From the NCBI GenBank assembly GCA_963789955.1, contig CAWBMV010000001.1, positions 768,001 to 832,000 on the forward strand: DNA of 64,000 nt. The letters run 5' to 3'. Below are positions 19,402 to 30,255 of this stretch, in pieces. Below the pieces are notes generated by a model that had not been told where the DNA came from, ran no database searches, and was given only the letters and a program-made list of their open reading frames with translations. The translations under genes were made by a program, and so were the position numbers. Position 1 is the stretch's first letter. Each line of letters starts with the position of its first letter. This stretch comes from an uncultured Candidatus Rokubacteria bacterium (GTDB lineage: Bacteria; Methylomirabilota; Methylomirabilia; Rokubacteriales; CSP1-6).

Positions 19402-20198
19402 TGGGCGCGGTCGTCGTCGCGCTGCTCGCGGCGCTCGGCGGACTCGCCGGCTGGCGTCTGGGCTGGTTCGGGGGCTCGCAACGGCCGAAGGAGATCTTGC
19501 GCCAGCGCCTCGAATCGCCGGCTCCCGGCCCGACCAAGGCGCTTCCGGCGCCACGCTCCGTCACGCCGCCGCCGGGCGCCGCGGCGGTTCCGTCACCCGA
19601 GTCCCCGGCGCCGGCGATGAGCCTGGGCCCCGCCACGGTCCCGCCCGCGCCGGTCGAGCGTCCAGCTCCGGTGGTGTCGGCGACTCCGCCCAAGCCGGCG
19701 ACCCAGCCCGCGCCCCAGCCCAGCTCCAGTCTTCCGGCGGGGGCCCGCTTCGCGGTCGAGTTCGGGCCGTTCATGACGGCGCCCGAGGCCGAGCGCGTCG
19801 AGCGCCAGCTGAGCGAGGCCGGCTACCCGACGGTGCGCTTCCGCCAGCAGACCGGCGCCTCGCTCTACGCCGTGCTGATCGAGAAGCTTCCGAGCGCGCG
19901 CGACGCCCAGGCGCTCGTCGCGGCGCTGCGCCAGCAGGGATTCGCCGAGGCGTTCGTGGTCGGCGAGCGAGAGCCGCTGAGCGTCCAGGTGGGCTTGCCA
20001 CTCCCGTTGCGCGGCGCGGTCCAGGCGGCCGAGCGACTGCGCGCGAGCGGCCATCAGGTGCGCGTCGCCGCCCAGCCGGGCGAGGCGGTGATGTTCGCCC
20101 TCCGGCACGGCAACTTCGCCACGCTAGGGGAAGCGGAGGCGAAAGGTCAGGAGCTGATGCGCCTCGGCCTGGGCAACCAGGTCGTGCGAGTGAAGTAG
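19368..20198 (+). CDS. TM, Pro-rich linker and tandem SPOR-like domains (possibly the C-terminus of Wzc)
   Basis: FAVEFGPF...EAERVERQL, VQVG...A and LRHGNF...EAEA repeats. Confidence 0.7.
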   Translation: MFGSPKSKRLLMGAVVVALLAALGGLAGWRLGWFGGSQRPKEILRQRLESPAPGPTKALPAPRSVTPPPGAAAVPSPESPAPAMSLGPATVPPAPVERPAPVVSATPPKPATQPAPQPSSSLPAGARFAVEFGPFMTAPEAERVERQLSEAGYPTVRFRQQTGASLYAVLIEKLPSARDAQALVAALRQQGFAEAFVVGEREPLSVQVGLPLPLRGAVQAAERLRASGHQVRVAAQPGEAVMFALRHGNFATLGEAEAKGQELMRLGLGNQVVRVK

Positions 20199-20202
20199 CC
20201 GC

Positions 20203-21516
20203 GTGGATTCACCCTTCGTTCTGGCCGCCGCGCTGGCCGTCTTTCTCATCGTCTTCGTCCGGATCGAGTTCGGGCTGTACCTCGTGATCTTCTCCATGCT
20301 GCTCTCGCCGCAGCTCGGCAGCGGTGGCATGGTCGCCGAGGGGCGCCGCATCGTGATCCGGAGCGAGGACATCCTGCTGCTGGTCGTCGCCTTCAGCTGG
20401 CTCGCGAAGACCGCCGTCAACAAGGAGCTCGGGCTCACCCTGAAGACTCCGCTCAATCGGCCGATCCTGGCGTACGTGGCCGCCACCGCGATCGCGACCT
20501 TGATCGGGTACATGACGGGCACGGTCGCCGGCTTCGGCGGCGCGTTCTACGTCCTCAAGTACGTCGAGTACTTCATCGTCTACTACATGGTCGTCAACAA
20601 CCTCATCGATCGGCGTCAGGCGTGGCGTCTGGTCACCGCGGCGTTCCTCACCGCCGTCATCGTGAGCCTGATCGGCATGACCCAGATCCCGAGCGGGCAG
20701 CGCGTGTCGGCGCCGTTCGAGGGCAAGGAGGGCGAGCCCAACACGTTCGGCGGCTACCTCCTGCTGCTGATCGCGGTGGCCGGCGGCATCGCGCTCGAGA
20801 CGGCGCGTCTGCGGACCCGCGCGATCTACCTGGGGCTCGCCGGGCTCATGTCGATCCCGTTCATGTTCACGCTCTCGCGCACGTCCTACGTGGGCGCGAT
20901 CCCGGCGGTCGCGGCCATCGGCGTGCTCACGAGCCGGCGTCGCCTGATGGTCGTCGCGCTCATCGTCGGTCTCGTCGCTTCGCCGGTGGTCCTGACGATC
21001 TTGCCGGAGTCGGTCACCAAGCGCGTGCACTACACGTTCGAGCCGGAGCGCGGCCAGCCGACGATCCGGGTCGGCGCGGTCGGCCTCGATCCGTCGACCT
21101 CCGCCCGACTGATCAGCGTGAAGCAGGCGTTCGAGGGCTTCTCCCATCGTCCGATCTTCGGCTACGGCGTCACCGGCTTCGCGTTCATGGACCAGCAGTT
21201 CGCCCGGACCTTGGTGGAGACGGGCATCGTCGGCCTCGTGACGTTTCTGGCGCTCATCTGGGCGGTGCTGAAGGCCGGCGTCGTCGCGATGCGCAACCTG
21301 ACCATCCCCGAGGATCGCGGGCTCGCACTCGGCTTCGTCGCCGGCACCATCGGCCTGCTGGGCCACGCGCTCGGCGCCAACACCTTCATCATCGTGCGGA
21401 TCATGGAGCCGTTCTGGTTCTTCGCCGCCATCGTGGTCGCGCTGCCCGGCCTGGCCCAGGCGGAGACGGCGGTCGAGCCCGCGCCGGTCGCGCGCTTCTC
21501 CCGGCGCGTCGCGTGA
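20203..21516 (+). CDS. O-antigen ligase/Wzy-like polymerase
   Basis: Multi-pass membrane protein with EPNTFGGY, TLSRTS and PIFGYG. Confidence 0.85.
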   Translation: MDSPFVLAAALAVFLIVFVRIEFGLYLVIFSMLLSPQLGSGGMVAEGRRIVIRSEDILLLVVAFSWLAKTAVNKELGLTLKTPLNRPILAYVAATAIATLIGYMTGTVAGFGGAFYVLKYVEYFIVYYMVVNNLIDRRQAWRLVTAAFLTAVIVSLIGMTQIPSGQRVSAPFEGKEGEPNTFGGYLLLLIAVAGGIALETARLRTRAIYLGLAGLMSIPFMFTLSRTSYVGAIPAVAAIGVLTSRRRLMVVALIVGLVASPVVLTILPESVTKRVHYTFEPERGQPTIRVGAVGLDPSTSARLISVKQAFEGFSHRPIFGYGVTGFAFMDQQFARTLVETGIVGLVTFLALIWAVLKAGVVAMRNLTIPEDRGLALGFVAGTIGLLGHALGANTFIIVRIMEPFWFFAAIVVALPGLAQAETAVEPAPVARFSRRVA

Positions 21517-22061
21517 TGCCGACGCGTGCCGTCGTCGCGCGAGCCCGGAAAATCCGGCTCCTGGTGATGGACGTCGACGGGGTGCTGACGGACGGCCGGA
21601 TGATGCTCTCCGAGCGCGGCGACGAGCTGAAGGCGTTCAACACGCACGACGGCCTGGCCATCGCCCTGGCCAAGCGCGCGGGCATCCGGACCGCGATGGT
21701 CACCGGCGAGTCGAGCCCGATCGCGAAGGCGCGCGGCGCCAAGCTCGGCGTCGACTCGGTCGTGCTCGGCGCCCGCCGCAAGGGCGAGGTGGTCGAGGCG
21801 CTGCGCGTCGAGCACAACGTGCCGGCCGAGGCGGTGGCCTTCATCGGCGACGACCTGATCGATATCCCGGCGATGCAGATCGTCGGGCTGGCGGTTGCGG
21901 TCGCCGACGCGCCGGCGGCCGTGAAGGCGGCCGCGCATCACGTGACGCGCGCGCAGGGTGGACACGGCGCAGTCCGCGAGCTGGTGGAGCTCGTCTTGAC
22001 GTCGCAGCGCTCGTGGCGGAGCATCGTCGCCGCCTACGTGCGCGAGCACGGAGGTCGATGA
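21516..22061 (+). CDS. kdsC: KdsC-family HAD phosphatase
   Basis: LLVMDVDGVLTDG, FIGDDLID, GGHGAVRE. Confidence 0.85.
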   Translation: MPTRAVVARARKIRLLVMDVDGVLTDGRMMLSERGDELKAFNTHDGLAIALAKRAGIRTAMVTGESSPIAKARGAKLGVDSVVLGARRKGEVVEALRVEHNVPAEAVAFIGDDLIDIPAMQIVGLAVAVADAPAAVKAAAHHVTRAQGGHGAVRELVELVLTSQRSWRSIVAAYVREHGGR

Positions 22062-23515
22062 CCACTTCCTCGAGCTCCCCGGGGCTCAGAGGCCGGACGC
22101 TCAGAAGCTTCTTGCTCCTCGGCGCCCAGAAGGTGGTGAGCGTGGTCGTCACGGCCGCCGGCGGCATCGCGCTCGCGCGATTGCTGACGCCGGAGGTCTT
22201 CGGCCTCTACGCCATCCTCATCTTCGTGATCACGCTCGGCGTCCGGTTCAGCGAGCTCGGGCTCGGCGCCGCGTTGATCCAGCGCCGCGACCTCGATCTG
22301 GCGACCGGCTTGAGCGCCGCGTTCACGGCGACGTTCGCGCTGGCGCTCGTGCTGGGCGCGGCGATCATGGCCGCGGCGCCGCTCGTCGCGCGCTGGCCCG
22401 GCGTGTCGAGCGAGGTGACCGCGCCGGTCCGCTGGCTCGCCCTGCTGGTGGTCTTCTCGTCGCTGCGTATGCCGGCGATGGTGCTGCTCGAGCGCCGGCT
22501 CGCCTACCTGCCGCTGACGATCGCCGAGACCGCCGACACCGTGGCGTTCTATCTCGTGGCGATCACCGCCGCGGTCGCCGGCGCCGGCCTCTGGAGCTTC
22601 GTGCTGGGCGCGCTCGCGGCGCGCGCCGCGAACCTGGCGGTGCTCTGGTCCGCGACGCGGTGGCGGCCGACGCTCCGCTGGAATCGCCGCGAGCTGATTC
22701 CGGTGCTGAAGTTCGGGATCCTGTTCCAGGGCAGCGTCCTGATCGGCGTCGCGGGGGACGCGGTGGTGCCGACGTTCGTGACCGCGTGGAGCGGGGTCAC
22801 CGCGGTCGGCTACCTGAACTGGGCGGCGACGCTCGCGTTCCTGCCGCTGCAGATCGTCAGCATCGCCGGCCGCGTGCTGTTTCCGGCGTTGTCGAGTCTC
22901 CAGACCGAGCCCGGCCGGTTCGCCGAGGCGACCGCGCGCGCGATCAATCGGGTCACCACGATCCTGTATCCCGCGGCCGCGCTGCTGCTCGCGGGCGCCG
23001 ATCCCGTCGTCCGGCTGGTCTTCGGCGAGGCGTGGGTGCCGGCGGTGCCCGCGGTGCGCTGCTTCTGTCTCTCCGCGATCATCGGCGGCACCTCGACCAT
23101 CTTCGTCCACGCGCTCTACGGCCTGGGCCGGCCCGATCTCGTGTTCCGGCTGAATCTCGCGAGCGCGGCGCTCCTGTGGATACTCACGGTCGCGCTGGTG
23201 CCGTGGCTCGGCTTCGTGGGCTTCGCCGTCGCCAGCGCGACCCTCGCGTGCGCCGGCGTGTCGTTCACGGCGCTGAGCCTGCGGCGCCTGGTGCCGCTCC
23301 ACGTCCTGACGGCGGTGCGGGTGCCGCTGACGGCGAGTATCGGGAGCGCGGCGGTGCTCGCGGCGCTGGCCGGCTTCTGGATTCACGATCTGCCGTCCTT
23401 GATCGCCGCTGCGGCGGTGTCGGCGGGCGCCTACGTGATCTTCGCCGGCCTCATCGGAGGCGCGGCGTGGCGGGTCGAGTTCCTGGCCGATTGGCGGACG
23501 GTGCTCCAGGGATGA
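22058..23515 (+). CDS. wzx: Wzx oligosaccharide flippase
   Basis: LARLLTPEVFG, ELGLGAALIQ, many TM segments. Confidence 0.9.
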   Translation: MTTSSSSPGLRGRTLRSFLLLGAQKVVSVVVTAAGGIALARLLTPEVFGLYAILIFVITLGVRFSELGLGAALIQRRDLDLATGLSAAFTATFALALVLGAAIMAAAPLVARWPGVSSEVTAPVRWLALLVVFSSLRMPAMVLLERRLAYLPLTIAETADTVAFYLVAITAAVAGAGLWSFVLGALAARAANLAVLWSATRWRPTLRWNRRELIPVLKFGILFQGSVLIGVAGDAVVPTFVTAWSGVTAVGYLNWAATLAFLPLQIVSIAGRVLFPALSSLQTEPGRFAEATARAINRVTTILYPAAALLLAGADPVVRLVFGEAWVPAVPAVRCFCLSAIIGGTSTIFVHALYGLGRPDLVFRLNLASAALLWILTVALVPWLGFVGFAVASATLACAGVSFTALSLRRLVPLHVLTAVRVPLTASIGSAAVLAALAGFWIHDLPSLIAAAAVSAGAYVIFAGLIGGAAWRVEFLADWRTVLQG

Positions 23516-24022
23516 GCCCACGCTTCTCCGCCGTCGTCGTCGCGCGCAACGAGGAGGCGCTGATCCGCGTGGACTATCCGGATCGGCTCCACAGCCATCC
23601 CGAGGTCGACGGCCGCACGATCTTCCTGCCGGCCGAGGAGGATGCCTGGATCCTGCACGAGCGCGACTGACCAGACGATCGGCGATCTCGTGCGCAAATG
23701 GGACGAGTACGCCGACAAGGAAGCGCGCGCGCAGCTCCGCGGCGGCGGCGCGCCGCCGAGCCCGCCGGCGATGCGCTGGGCCGCCGCCTCGGCGTTCCGG
23801 TTCCTCGTCGCGAAGGGCTATCGCGACGGCGTCGCCGGGCTCGTGCTCAGCGTGCTCTTCGCCTTCGACCGCTTCGAGGCCGAGGCCAAGATGTGGGAAG
23901 CGGCGCGCTATCCGCGCGAGGACGACGCGACGGTGCGGCGCCTCGGCTCCGTCCCGCGCCTGGCGGCCGCGCTCACCGGCCACGGGCTCCGCCGGCTGTG
24001 GGCACGACGGAGCGTGCGATGA
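23512..24022 (+). pseudogene. GT2 glycosyltransferase remnant with a large internal deletion and a frameshift
   Basis: N-terminal SAVVVARNEE joins directly to the C-terminal part (LHSHP...KGYRDGVAGL). No DxD core. Confidence 0.65.
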
Positions 24023-24660
24023 GAGTCAAGGAGACGTGGCGACGCTACTCGCCGGCGCAGGTCAAGGACTTCCTCCGCGTGGGCTACGAGGGGCGGGAGC
24101 ATCCCTCTCGACTCCGGACGATCGAGCTCCTCCAGGGGATGAGCTCGGTGCTCGATGTGGGCTGCGGCACCGGTGTCATGTTCGAGCTGCTCCGTGAGCG
24201 CCGGCCCGACATCGACTATCTCGGCATCGACGTCACCGCGCAGTTCGTCGCCGCGGCGCGCGAGAGATTCCCCGCCGACGCGGCGCGGTTCCAGGAGGGC
24301 TCGCTCTACGAGCTCGCGAAGCTGCCCGGCGTCTCCGACGCGGTGCTGTGCCGTCACATCCTCGAGCATCTGCCCGACTTCGAGCCCGCGGTCCAGCGCA
24401 TGTACGAGCGCGCCCGGCGCAAGCTGATCGTCGTCTTCTATCTGCCGCCGCGACCGCTGCGCCTGCGGCGCAAGCGCGACGAGCGGTTCGAGCCGGGCTT
24501 CTACACGCACACGTACGATCTCGGGCGCTTCGTCGACCATCTGCTGAACGGGCTCACGCCGGCGCCGAGCGAGGTCCGCATCCATCCGCGCCAGGGCACG
24601 AGCGATCCGTCGTTTCGCTGGGGCGATCGCGAAAACATCATCTACGAGGTCATCCGGTGA
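24019..24660 (+). CDS. Class I SAM-dependent methyltransferase
   Basis: VLDVGCGTG, YLGID, HILEHL. Confidence 0.88.
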   Translation: MRVKETWRRYSPAQVKDFLRVGYEGREHPSRLRTIELLQGMSSVLDVGCGTGVMFELLRERRPDIDYLGIDVTAQFVAAARERFPADAARFQEGSLYELAKLPGVSDAVLCRHILEHLPDFEPAVQRMYERARRKLIVVFYLPPRPLRLRRKRDERFEPGFYTHTYDLGRFVDHLLNGLTPAPSEVRIHPRQGTSDPSFRWGDRENIIYEVIR

Positions 24661-25586
24661 GCGTGAGTCTGGTGATCGCCACCTACAACCACGCCCGGTT
24701 CCTCGGCGAGGCGCTCGACAGCGCCGTCGCCCAGACGCTCGAGGGCGTCGAGGTCGTGGTGGTCGACGACGGCTCGACCGACGACACGGAGGCCGTGCTC
24801 GCGCGATACGGCGGGCGGCTCCGGGTCATCCGTCAGCCGAATCGAGGTCTGGCCGCCGCGCGCAACACGGGGCTCGCCGCCGCGCGCGGCACCTACGTGA
24901 GCTTCCTCGACGCCGACGACGTCCTGCTGCCGACCAAGCTCGCGGAACAGGCCGCGATCCTCGACCGCGCCCCGACCGTCGGCTGGACCTATTGCGACGT
25001 GCTCATCGAGACCACCGCGACCGGCGCCGAGATGCGAGCCTCGGAGCGGTTCGGCTACGGCGCGCGGATGCTCGAGGGCTGGCTCTTCCCGGAGCTGATC
25101 CACGGCAACTTCATCCCGGCGATCGCGCCGCTCGTGCGCCGCACCGTGCTCGACGCGGCCGGCGGATTCGACGAGCGGCTGACCGCGCTCGAGGACTGGG
25201 ATCTCTGGCTCCGCCTGTCGCTGATCGCCGAGGCGCGCTACAGCCCGGCGGTGCTCGTGCGCTATCGCGTCCATCCCGGGGGCATGAGCGAGGACCGATC
25301 CCGGATGGACCGGAATCGCTTTCGCGTGCTCGACAAGCTCTGCCGCGCGCGGCCGGCGGCGGTCGAGGGGCTGGGGGCCGCGGGACGGCGCATCATCGCC
25401 GACACGCACAACTGGCTCGGCAAGGAGGCGTACGCGCGCGGCGATTGGGCCGAGGCTCGCCGGCGCTTCACCGCCTCGCTCGTGACGGTTCCCTGGCAAC
25501 GACAGGCGCCGATGCTGCTCGGCCTCAGCCTGGTTCGCTCGGGGACACGCGCGCGGGCCGGTGAGTCGACGCCGGGACCGCGGTGA
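24657..25586 (+). CDS. GT2 glycosyltransferase
   Basis: SLVIATYN, VVDDGSTD, FLDADD, EDWDLW. Confidence 0.92.
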   Translation: MSVSLVIATYNHARFLGEALDSAVAQTLEGVEVVVVDDGSTDDTEAVLARYGGRLRVIRQPNRGLAAARNTGLAAARGTYVSFLDADDVLLPTKLAEQAAILDRAPTVGWTYCDVLIETTATGAEMRASERFGYGARMLEGWLFPELIHGNFIPAIAPLVRRTVLDAAGGFDERLTALEDWDLWLRLSLIAEARYSPAVLVRYRVHPGGMSEDRSRMDRNRFRVLDKLCRARPAAVEGLGAAGRRIIADTHNWLGKEAYARGDWAEARRRFTASLVTVPWQRQAPMLLGLSLVRSGTRARAGESTPGPR

Positions 25587-25616
25587 GCCGCGCGACCGAG
25601 GCGCGCCCGTGAGCCC

Positions 25617-26543
25617 ATGACCGACACGCTCGTGATCATCGTCAGCTACAACACGCGGGAGCTGACCCTGCAGGCGGTCGCGGCCGCCCGCAAGGCCGCC
25701 GCCGGGCTCGACGCGCGCGTGGTCGTCGCCGACAACGGCTCCGACGGTACGGCGCAGGCCGTGCGCGCCGCCGATCCCGAGGTCACGGTGCTCGTGAACG
25801 CCGACAATCCGGGCTACGGCGCGGCCGTCAACCGGGCGGCGGCCGCGCAGCGATCGGCGTACGTCTGCGCGATGAACGCCGACGTCGTGCTCGAGCCCGC
25901 GTGCCTCGCGACCTTGCGGCGCTTCCTCGACGCGAACCCTGCCTGCGCGCTCGTCGGGCCGGCGCTCGCGTATCCGGACGGAACGTCGCAGGCCTCGGCC
26001 AAGCGCTTCCCGACGCTCGGAGTAGCGCTCGGGGAAGTCCTCGGCGTCCACCGCATGGCGCCGCGCAACCGCTGGGTCCGGCGGTTCTACTACGGCGGCC
26101 GCGATCTCGCGCGCGACACGCTCGTGGACACCGTCTCGGGGGCGGTGATGCTGCTGCGCGCGGACGCGTTCGACTCCGCGGGACGCTTCGACGAAGGCTT
26201 CCGGATGTACTTCGAGGAGACGGATCTTTGCCGGCGGCTCCTCGAGCTGGGGCACTCCGTGGCCTTCTGCCCCGCCGCGCACGCGACGCACCAGCACGGC
26301 GCCAGCACGCGGCAGACGTCGGTACGGCAGGTCGAGTACTACCTGAGCTACGTGCGCTACTTTCGCAAGCACCGGGGCCGCGGCTCGGCCGCGATCCTGC
26401 GCGCGGCGGTCGCGGCCGCGGCGCTCGTGCGGATGGGGGCGCTCGTCGTGAAGTATCCGCCGGTCAATCAGCAGCGCGCCGCCAGCCTGAGAGAGAAACA
26501 GGCCGCCTGCGCGCGCCTGCTGCGCTCGCTCGCCTCGTCCTGA
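25617..26543 (+). CDS. GT2 glycosyltransferase (WbbL-like)
   Basis: IIVSYNT, DNGS, NPGYGAAVN, FDEGFRMYFEETDLC. Confidence 0.9.
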   Translation: MTDTLVIIVSYNTRELTLQAVAAARKAAAGLDARVVVADNGSDGTAQAVRAADPEVTVLVNADNPGYGAAVNRAAAAQRSAYVCAMNADVVLEPACLATLRRFLDANPACALVGPALAYPDGTSQASAKRFPTLGVALGEVLGVHRMAPRNRWVRRFYYGGRDLARDTLVDTVSGAVMLLRADAFDSAGRFDEGFRMYFEETDLCRRLLELGHSVAFCPAAHATHQHGASTRQTSVRQVEYYLSYVRYFRKHRGRGSAAILRAAVAAAALVRMGALVVKYPPVNQQRAASLREKQAACARLLRSLASS

Positions 26544-26557
26544 GCGATGGGTCCGCG

Positions 26558-27677
26558 ATGAAGGCCTTCATGATCGAGACCGGCGGCTGGGGCGGCATCG
26601 CGCACTACACCTGGAATCTGTGCGCTGCGCTCGCGGGCGCCGGGGTCCAGGTCTCGCTCCTGACCAATCGCGAGTGGGAGCTCGCGCACTTGCCGTCCGC
26701 CTTCGAGGTCGAGCGCTGCTTTTCGGCCGACGCCGGATACCTCGGCAACGTGAAGGCGCTCCGCGCTCGGGTGAACCGCACGCGGCCCGGGGTCGTCCAC
26801 GTGCAGAGCCTGCTCTCGACGCGGTTCGACGCGCTGCTGTGGCCCCTGATCCGACGGCGCGCGCCGGTGGTGATGACGATCCACAACGTGCGCACGCACG
26901 AGCGGATTCGCTGGGACGACTGGACGCTCTGGCGATGCTTTGCCGCGGCCGACGCCGTCGTCGTCCACACCAGGACGGCGGCGGAGATCGCGCGGCGGCG
27001 GCTTCCGGCCGACGCGAGGGTCGAGCTCATTCACCACGGTGACGCGGGCTTCCTGCACGGCGGCGCGCGGCCCGACCGCCTCGCGGCGCGCGCCGCGCTC
27101 GACCTGCCGCGCGTCGGCCTCGATCGTGCTCGTCTTCGGCGCGATCCGCCCCTACAAGGGTATTCACGGCGTCATCGCCTCGATGCCCGAGCTGCGGCGC
27201 CGCCACCCCGCCGCGCGGCTGGTCATCGCGGGCCCGCTGCTGGTCGGCAGTGAGGGGGAGTATCGCGAGGCGATCCGGCGCGCCGGCGTGGACGACGCCG
27301 TGCTGTTCCGTCCCGGCTACGTCCCGGCCGGCGACGTCGCGGCCTATTTCGCCGCCGCCGACGTCGCGGTGTTCAACTACCGGGACATCACGGACAGCGG
27401 ATCGCTCCGGCTGGCGTGCGACCTGGGCACGCCGGTGGTCGCCACCTCGGTCGGAAGCTTTCGCGAGTTCCTCACCGATGGCGTCACCGCTCGCCTGGTC
27501 GAGCCGGGCCACGCCGGGGCGCTGGTCGAGGCACTCGACGACGTGCTCGCACGACCGGAGCACGCGGCGCGCATGGCGCAGGCGGCGCGCACGCTCGCGA
27601 CGACGGCGTGGTCGTGGGCGGAGAGCGCCAAGGCCACCGCGGAGCTCTACGAGACGATCGTGCGAGGTGGCGCGTGA
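26558..27677 (+). CDS. GT4 glycosyltransferase; frameshift near 27120
   Basis: GGIAHY, TIHNV, FGAIRPYKG, PVVATSVG. Confidence 0.88.
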
Positions 27678-29104
27678 TCCTGGCGCTGGCGGTGGCCGCG
27701 CTGGCGTTCGGCATCCGGGTGCTCGTCGCCGAGTTCCTCCAGGTCATCCAGCCCGACGGCGTCGTCTACGTGACGGTCGCGAAGCAGTTCCAGGCGACGG
27801 GCTCGCCCTTCGATCCGCTGTTTCACCCGCTGTATCCGATCTGCATCGCGCTCGCCCAGCCGCTGATCGGCGACTGGGAGATGGCGGGCCGGCTCGTCTC
27901 GGCCTTCTTCGGCGCGCTCGTGATCCTGCCCGCGTTCGCCCTCGCTCGCTCGATCGTCGGGCGTCAAGCCGCGCTGCTCTCCGCGGTGTTCATCGCGGTG
28001 CATCCGCGGCTCGTGCAGAACTCGGCCTCCGTGCTGTGCGAGGCGACCTACACGTTCGTGCTGGTGTCAGGCGTGCTGGCCGCGCGGCGCGGGCTGGTGG
28101 GCGGCCCCAGAGCGCTGATCCCGTTCGCGGGTCTCTGCTTCGGGCTGGCCTACCTGGTGCGGCCCGAGGGCGCGCTCTACCTCGTCGGCCTCGTCGTGAT
28201 CGTCGTGTTCATGATCGTCACCGGACGGGAACGCGCCGGGACGGTCCTGCCGTGGCTGGGCGCCGCCGTCCTGGTGTTCGTCGTCGTCGTCGCGCCGTAC
28301 GTCTGGTACCTCGCCGAGGTGTGGGGGCACTTCACGCTCAGCGGCAAGATCGATCACAACCTGCCGCTGTCGACGGGCGCCGCCGCCGCGCCGAGCCCGC
28401 TGCCGATGCGCGTGCTCGAGAACCTGCTGCTCTTCCAGAAGTACGCGGTGCCGGATCTCTTGCCGTGGGTCTTGCTCCTGCTCGTGCTGCCGGGCGTGCT
28501 GGCGCGCGGCCGGACGACGGGATGGCTCGGTCGCGACGCGGTCCTGCTCGCCGCCGCGCTGCCGCCCTTCGCGTCGCTCGCGTTCCACGTCGAGCCGCGC
28601 ATCTTTCTCCCGATCCTGCCGTTCATTCTGCCGTTCGCCGCGGTCGGCACGCTCTGGGCGGCCGTGACCTTGACCGACGCGCGCCGCGGCTGGCGCTGGT
28701 CGCTCGCCATGGCGCTCCTCGTCGCGCTCGTCCTGGTGCCGTGGACCTTCCAGCCCGTCCTGCGCCCGGACGCCGGCGCGGCGCTCTACCGGCAGGCGGC
28801 GCGCTGGGTCGCCGAGACGCAGCCCCGCGACGCGGTCCTGCTCGACCGCAAGCCGCTCGTCGCGTTCTACAGCGAGCGCCGCTGGGTTCCGCTCCCGCGG
28901 ATCGGGCCGGAGGAATTGCTGGCGGCCGCCCGACAGGCGGGCGCGCGGCTCGTGGTGCTCGACAGCCGCGAGTTCTTCTTCGATCGGCCGGGCCTGATTC
29001 CCTTGCTCTGGGGTCCGCCGCCTCCGGGGCTGGACGTCCTTCGCGACTTCGACGCCGCTCCGGCCGACCGGCTGCGGATCCTGGTGGTCAACGAACGTGG
29101 GTGA
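27674..29104 (+). CDS. GT-C (ArnT/GT39-like) membrane glycosyltransferase
   Basis: PDGVVY, HPLYP, LAYLVRPEG, multiple TM segments and a periplasmic C-terminal domain. Confidence 0.8.
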   Translation: MILALAVAALAFGIRVLVAEFLQVIQPDGVVYVTVAKQFQATGSPFDPLFHPLYPICIALAQPLIGDWEMAGRLVSAFFGALVILPAFALARSIVGRQAALLSAVFIAVHPRLVQNSASVLCEATYTFVLVSGVLAARRGLVGGPRALIPFAGLCFGLAYLVRPEGALYLVGLVVIVVFMIVTGRERAGTVLPWLGAAVLVFVVVVAPYVWYLAEVWGHFTLSGKIDHNLPLSTGAAAAPSPLPMRVLENLLLFQKYAVPDLLPWVLLLLVLPGVLARGRTTGWLGRDAVLLAAALPPFASLAFHVEPRIFLPILPFILPFAAVGTLWAAVTLTDARRGWRWSLAMALLVALVLVPWTFQPVLRPDAGAALYRQAARWVAETQPRDAVLLDRKPLVAFYSERRWVPLPRIGPEELLAAARQAGARLVVLDSREFFFDRPGLIPLLWGPPPPGLDVLRDFDAAPADRLRILVVNERG

Positions 29105-30241
29105 GCGGCCGTCCCGCCCCGCGTCGATCCTCGTCGTGTCGAACCACGGCACCATCGTGGGCGGCGGCGAGCTGAGCCTCATGGATCTCCTGCGCGGTCT
29201 CGACCGCGACCGCTGGGCGCCGATCCTCGTCGTCCCCGAGGACGGTGAGGTCGCGGCGCGCGCGCGCGATCTCGAGCTGCCCGTCCACGTGATTCCGCTG
29301 CCTTCATTGCGCCGGCCGAGCCTCGCCGGCGTCGACAGCGTGCGGGCGCTCGTTCGCCTCATTCGGGTCACCGACGCGGCGCTGGTTCACGCCAACGGGT
29401 CGCGTGCGATGGCCTACGCGGGAGTCGCCGGGCGACTGGCCTCGCGGCCCGACGCTCTGGCACGTTCGCATCGCCGACAGCGACGGCCTCGTCGACCGCG
29501 CCCTGTGCGCGCTCGCCACCGTCGTCGTCGCGACGTCGCGAGCGGTCGCGCGCCGGTTCGCGTCGGCGCCGGCGAAGGTCCGGCTGGTTCCGAACGGGGT
29601 CGACCTGAAGCGGTTCGCTCCGCGGCCACCGTCGGCAACCGTGCGCGCCGAACTTCAGGTTGCGCCGTCCGACGCCGATCGCGGTGTCGATCGGACGGCA
29701 CGTGCCCGAGAAGGGCTACCGGCACCTCCTCGACGGCGCCGCGCTGCTCGAGAGGACGAAGCCCGGTGTGCACTGGATCCTCGTCGGCGACGGCGAGCTC
29801 CGGAGCGAGCTGGAAGCCCAGGCGCGTCGCCTCGGCCTCGCGTCGCACGTGCACTTCACGGGGTGGCGCGACGACGTCGCCGAGCTGCTGACGCTCGCCG
29901 ACGTGTTCGTCCTGCCGTCCGAGAGCGAAGGGTTCGGCCGCGTGCTGGTCGAGGCGATGGCGATGGGCTGTCCGGTCGTCGCGACGAACGTCGGCGGCAT
30001 CCCCGACATCGTGCTCGACGGCGAGACCGGGCTCCTGGTCGAGCCCGCCAATCCGGTCGCGTTCGCGCACGCGGTGCGCACGCTGCTCGACGAGCCGACG
30101 CGCGCCGCCCGTCTGGGCGCCGCCGGGCGCGCACGCGCGGAATCGACCTTCAGTCTGGGCGCCCACGTCGACGCGGTCGAGCGCGTGTACGACGAAGTCC
30201 TCGGGCGTGTCGCGCCGGAGGCGAGGCGCCGGTGGCCGTGA
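29097..30241 (+). CDS. GT4 glycosyltransferase; two frameshifts (near 29450 and 29670)
   Basis: GGGELSL, VPNGVD, PSESEGFGRVLVEAMA. Confidence 0.88.
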
Positions 30242-30255
30242 GCCCGACGAGACCG

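Noticed and set aside
13519..26372. Long antisense ORFs (922, 845, 649 and 576 aa) and similar Arg/Ala/Pro-rich ORFs elsewhere
   Set aside because: Shadow frames of real genes in high-GC DNA, with no recognisable motifs.
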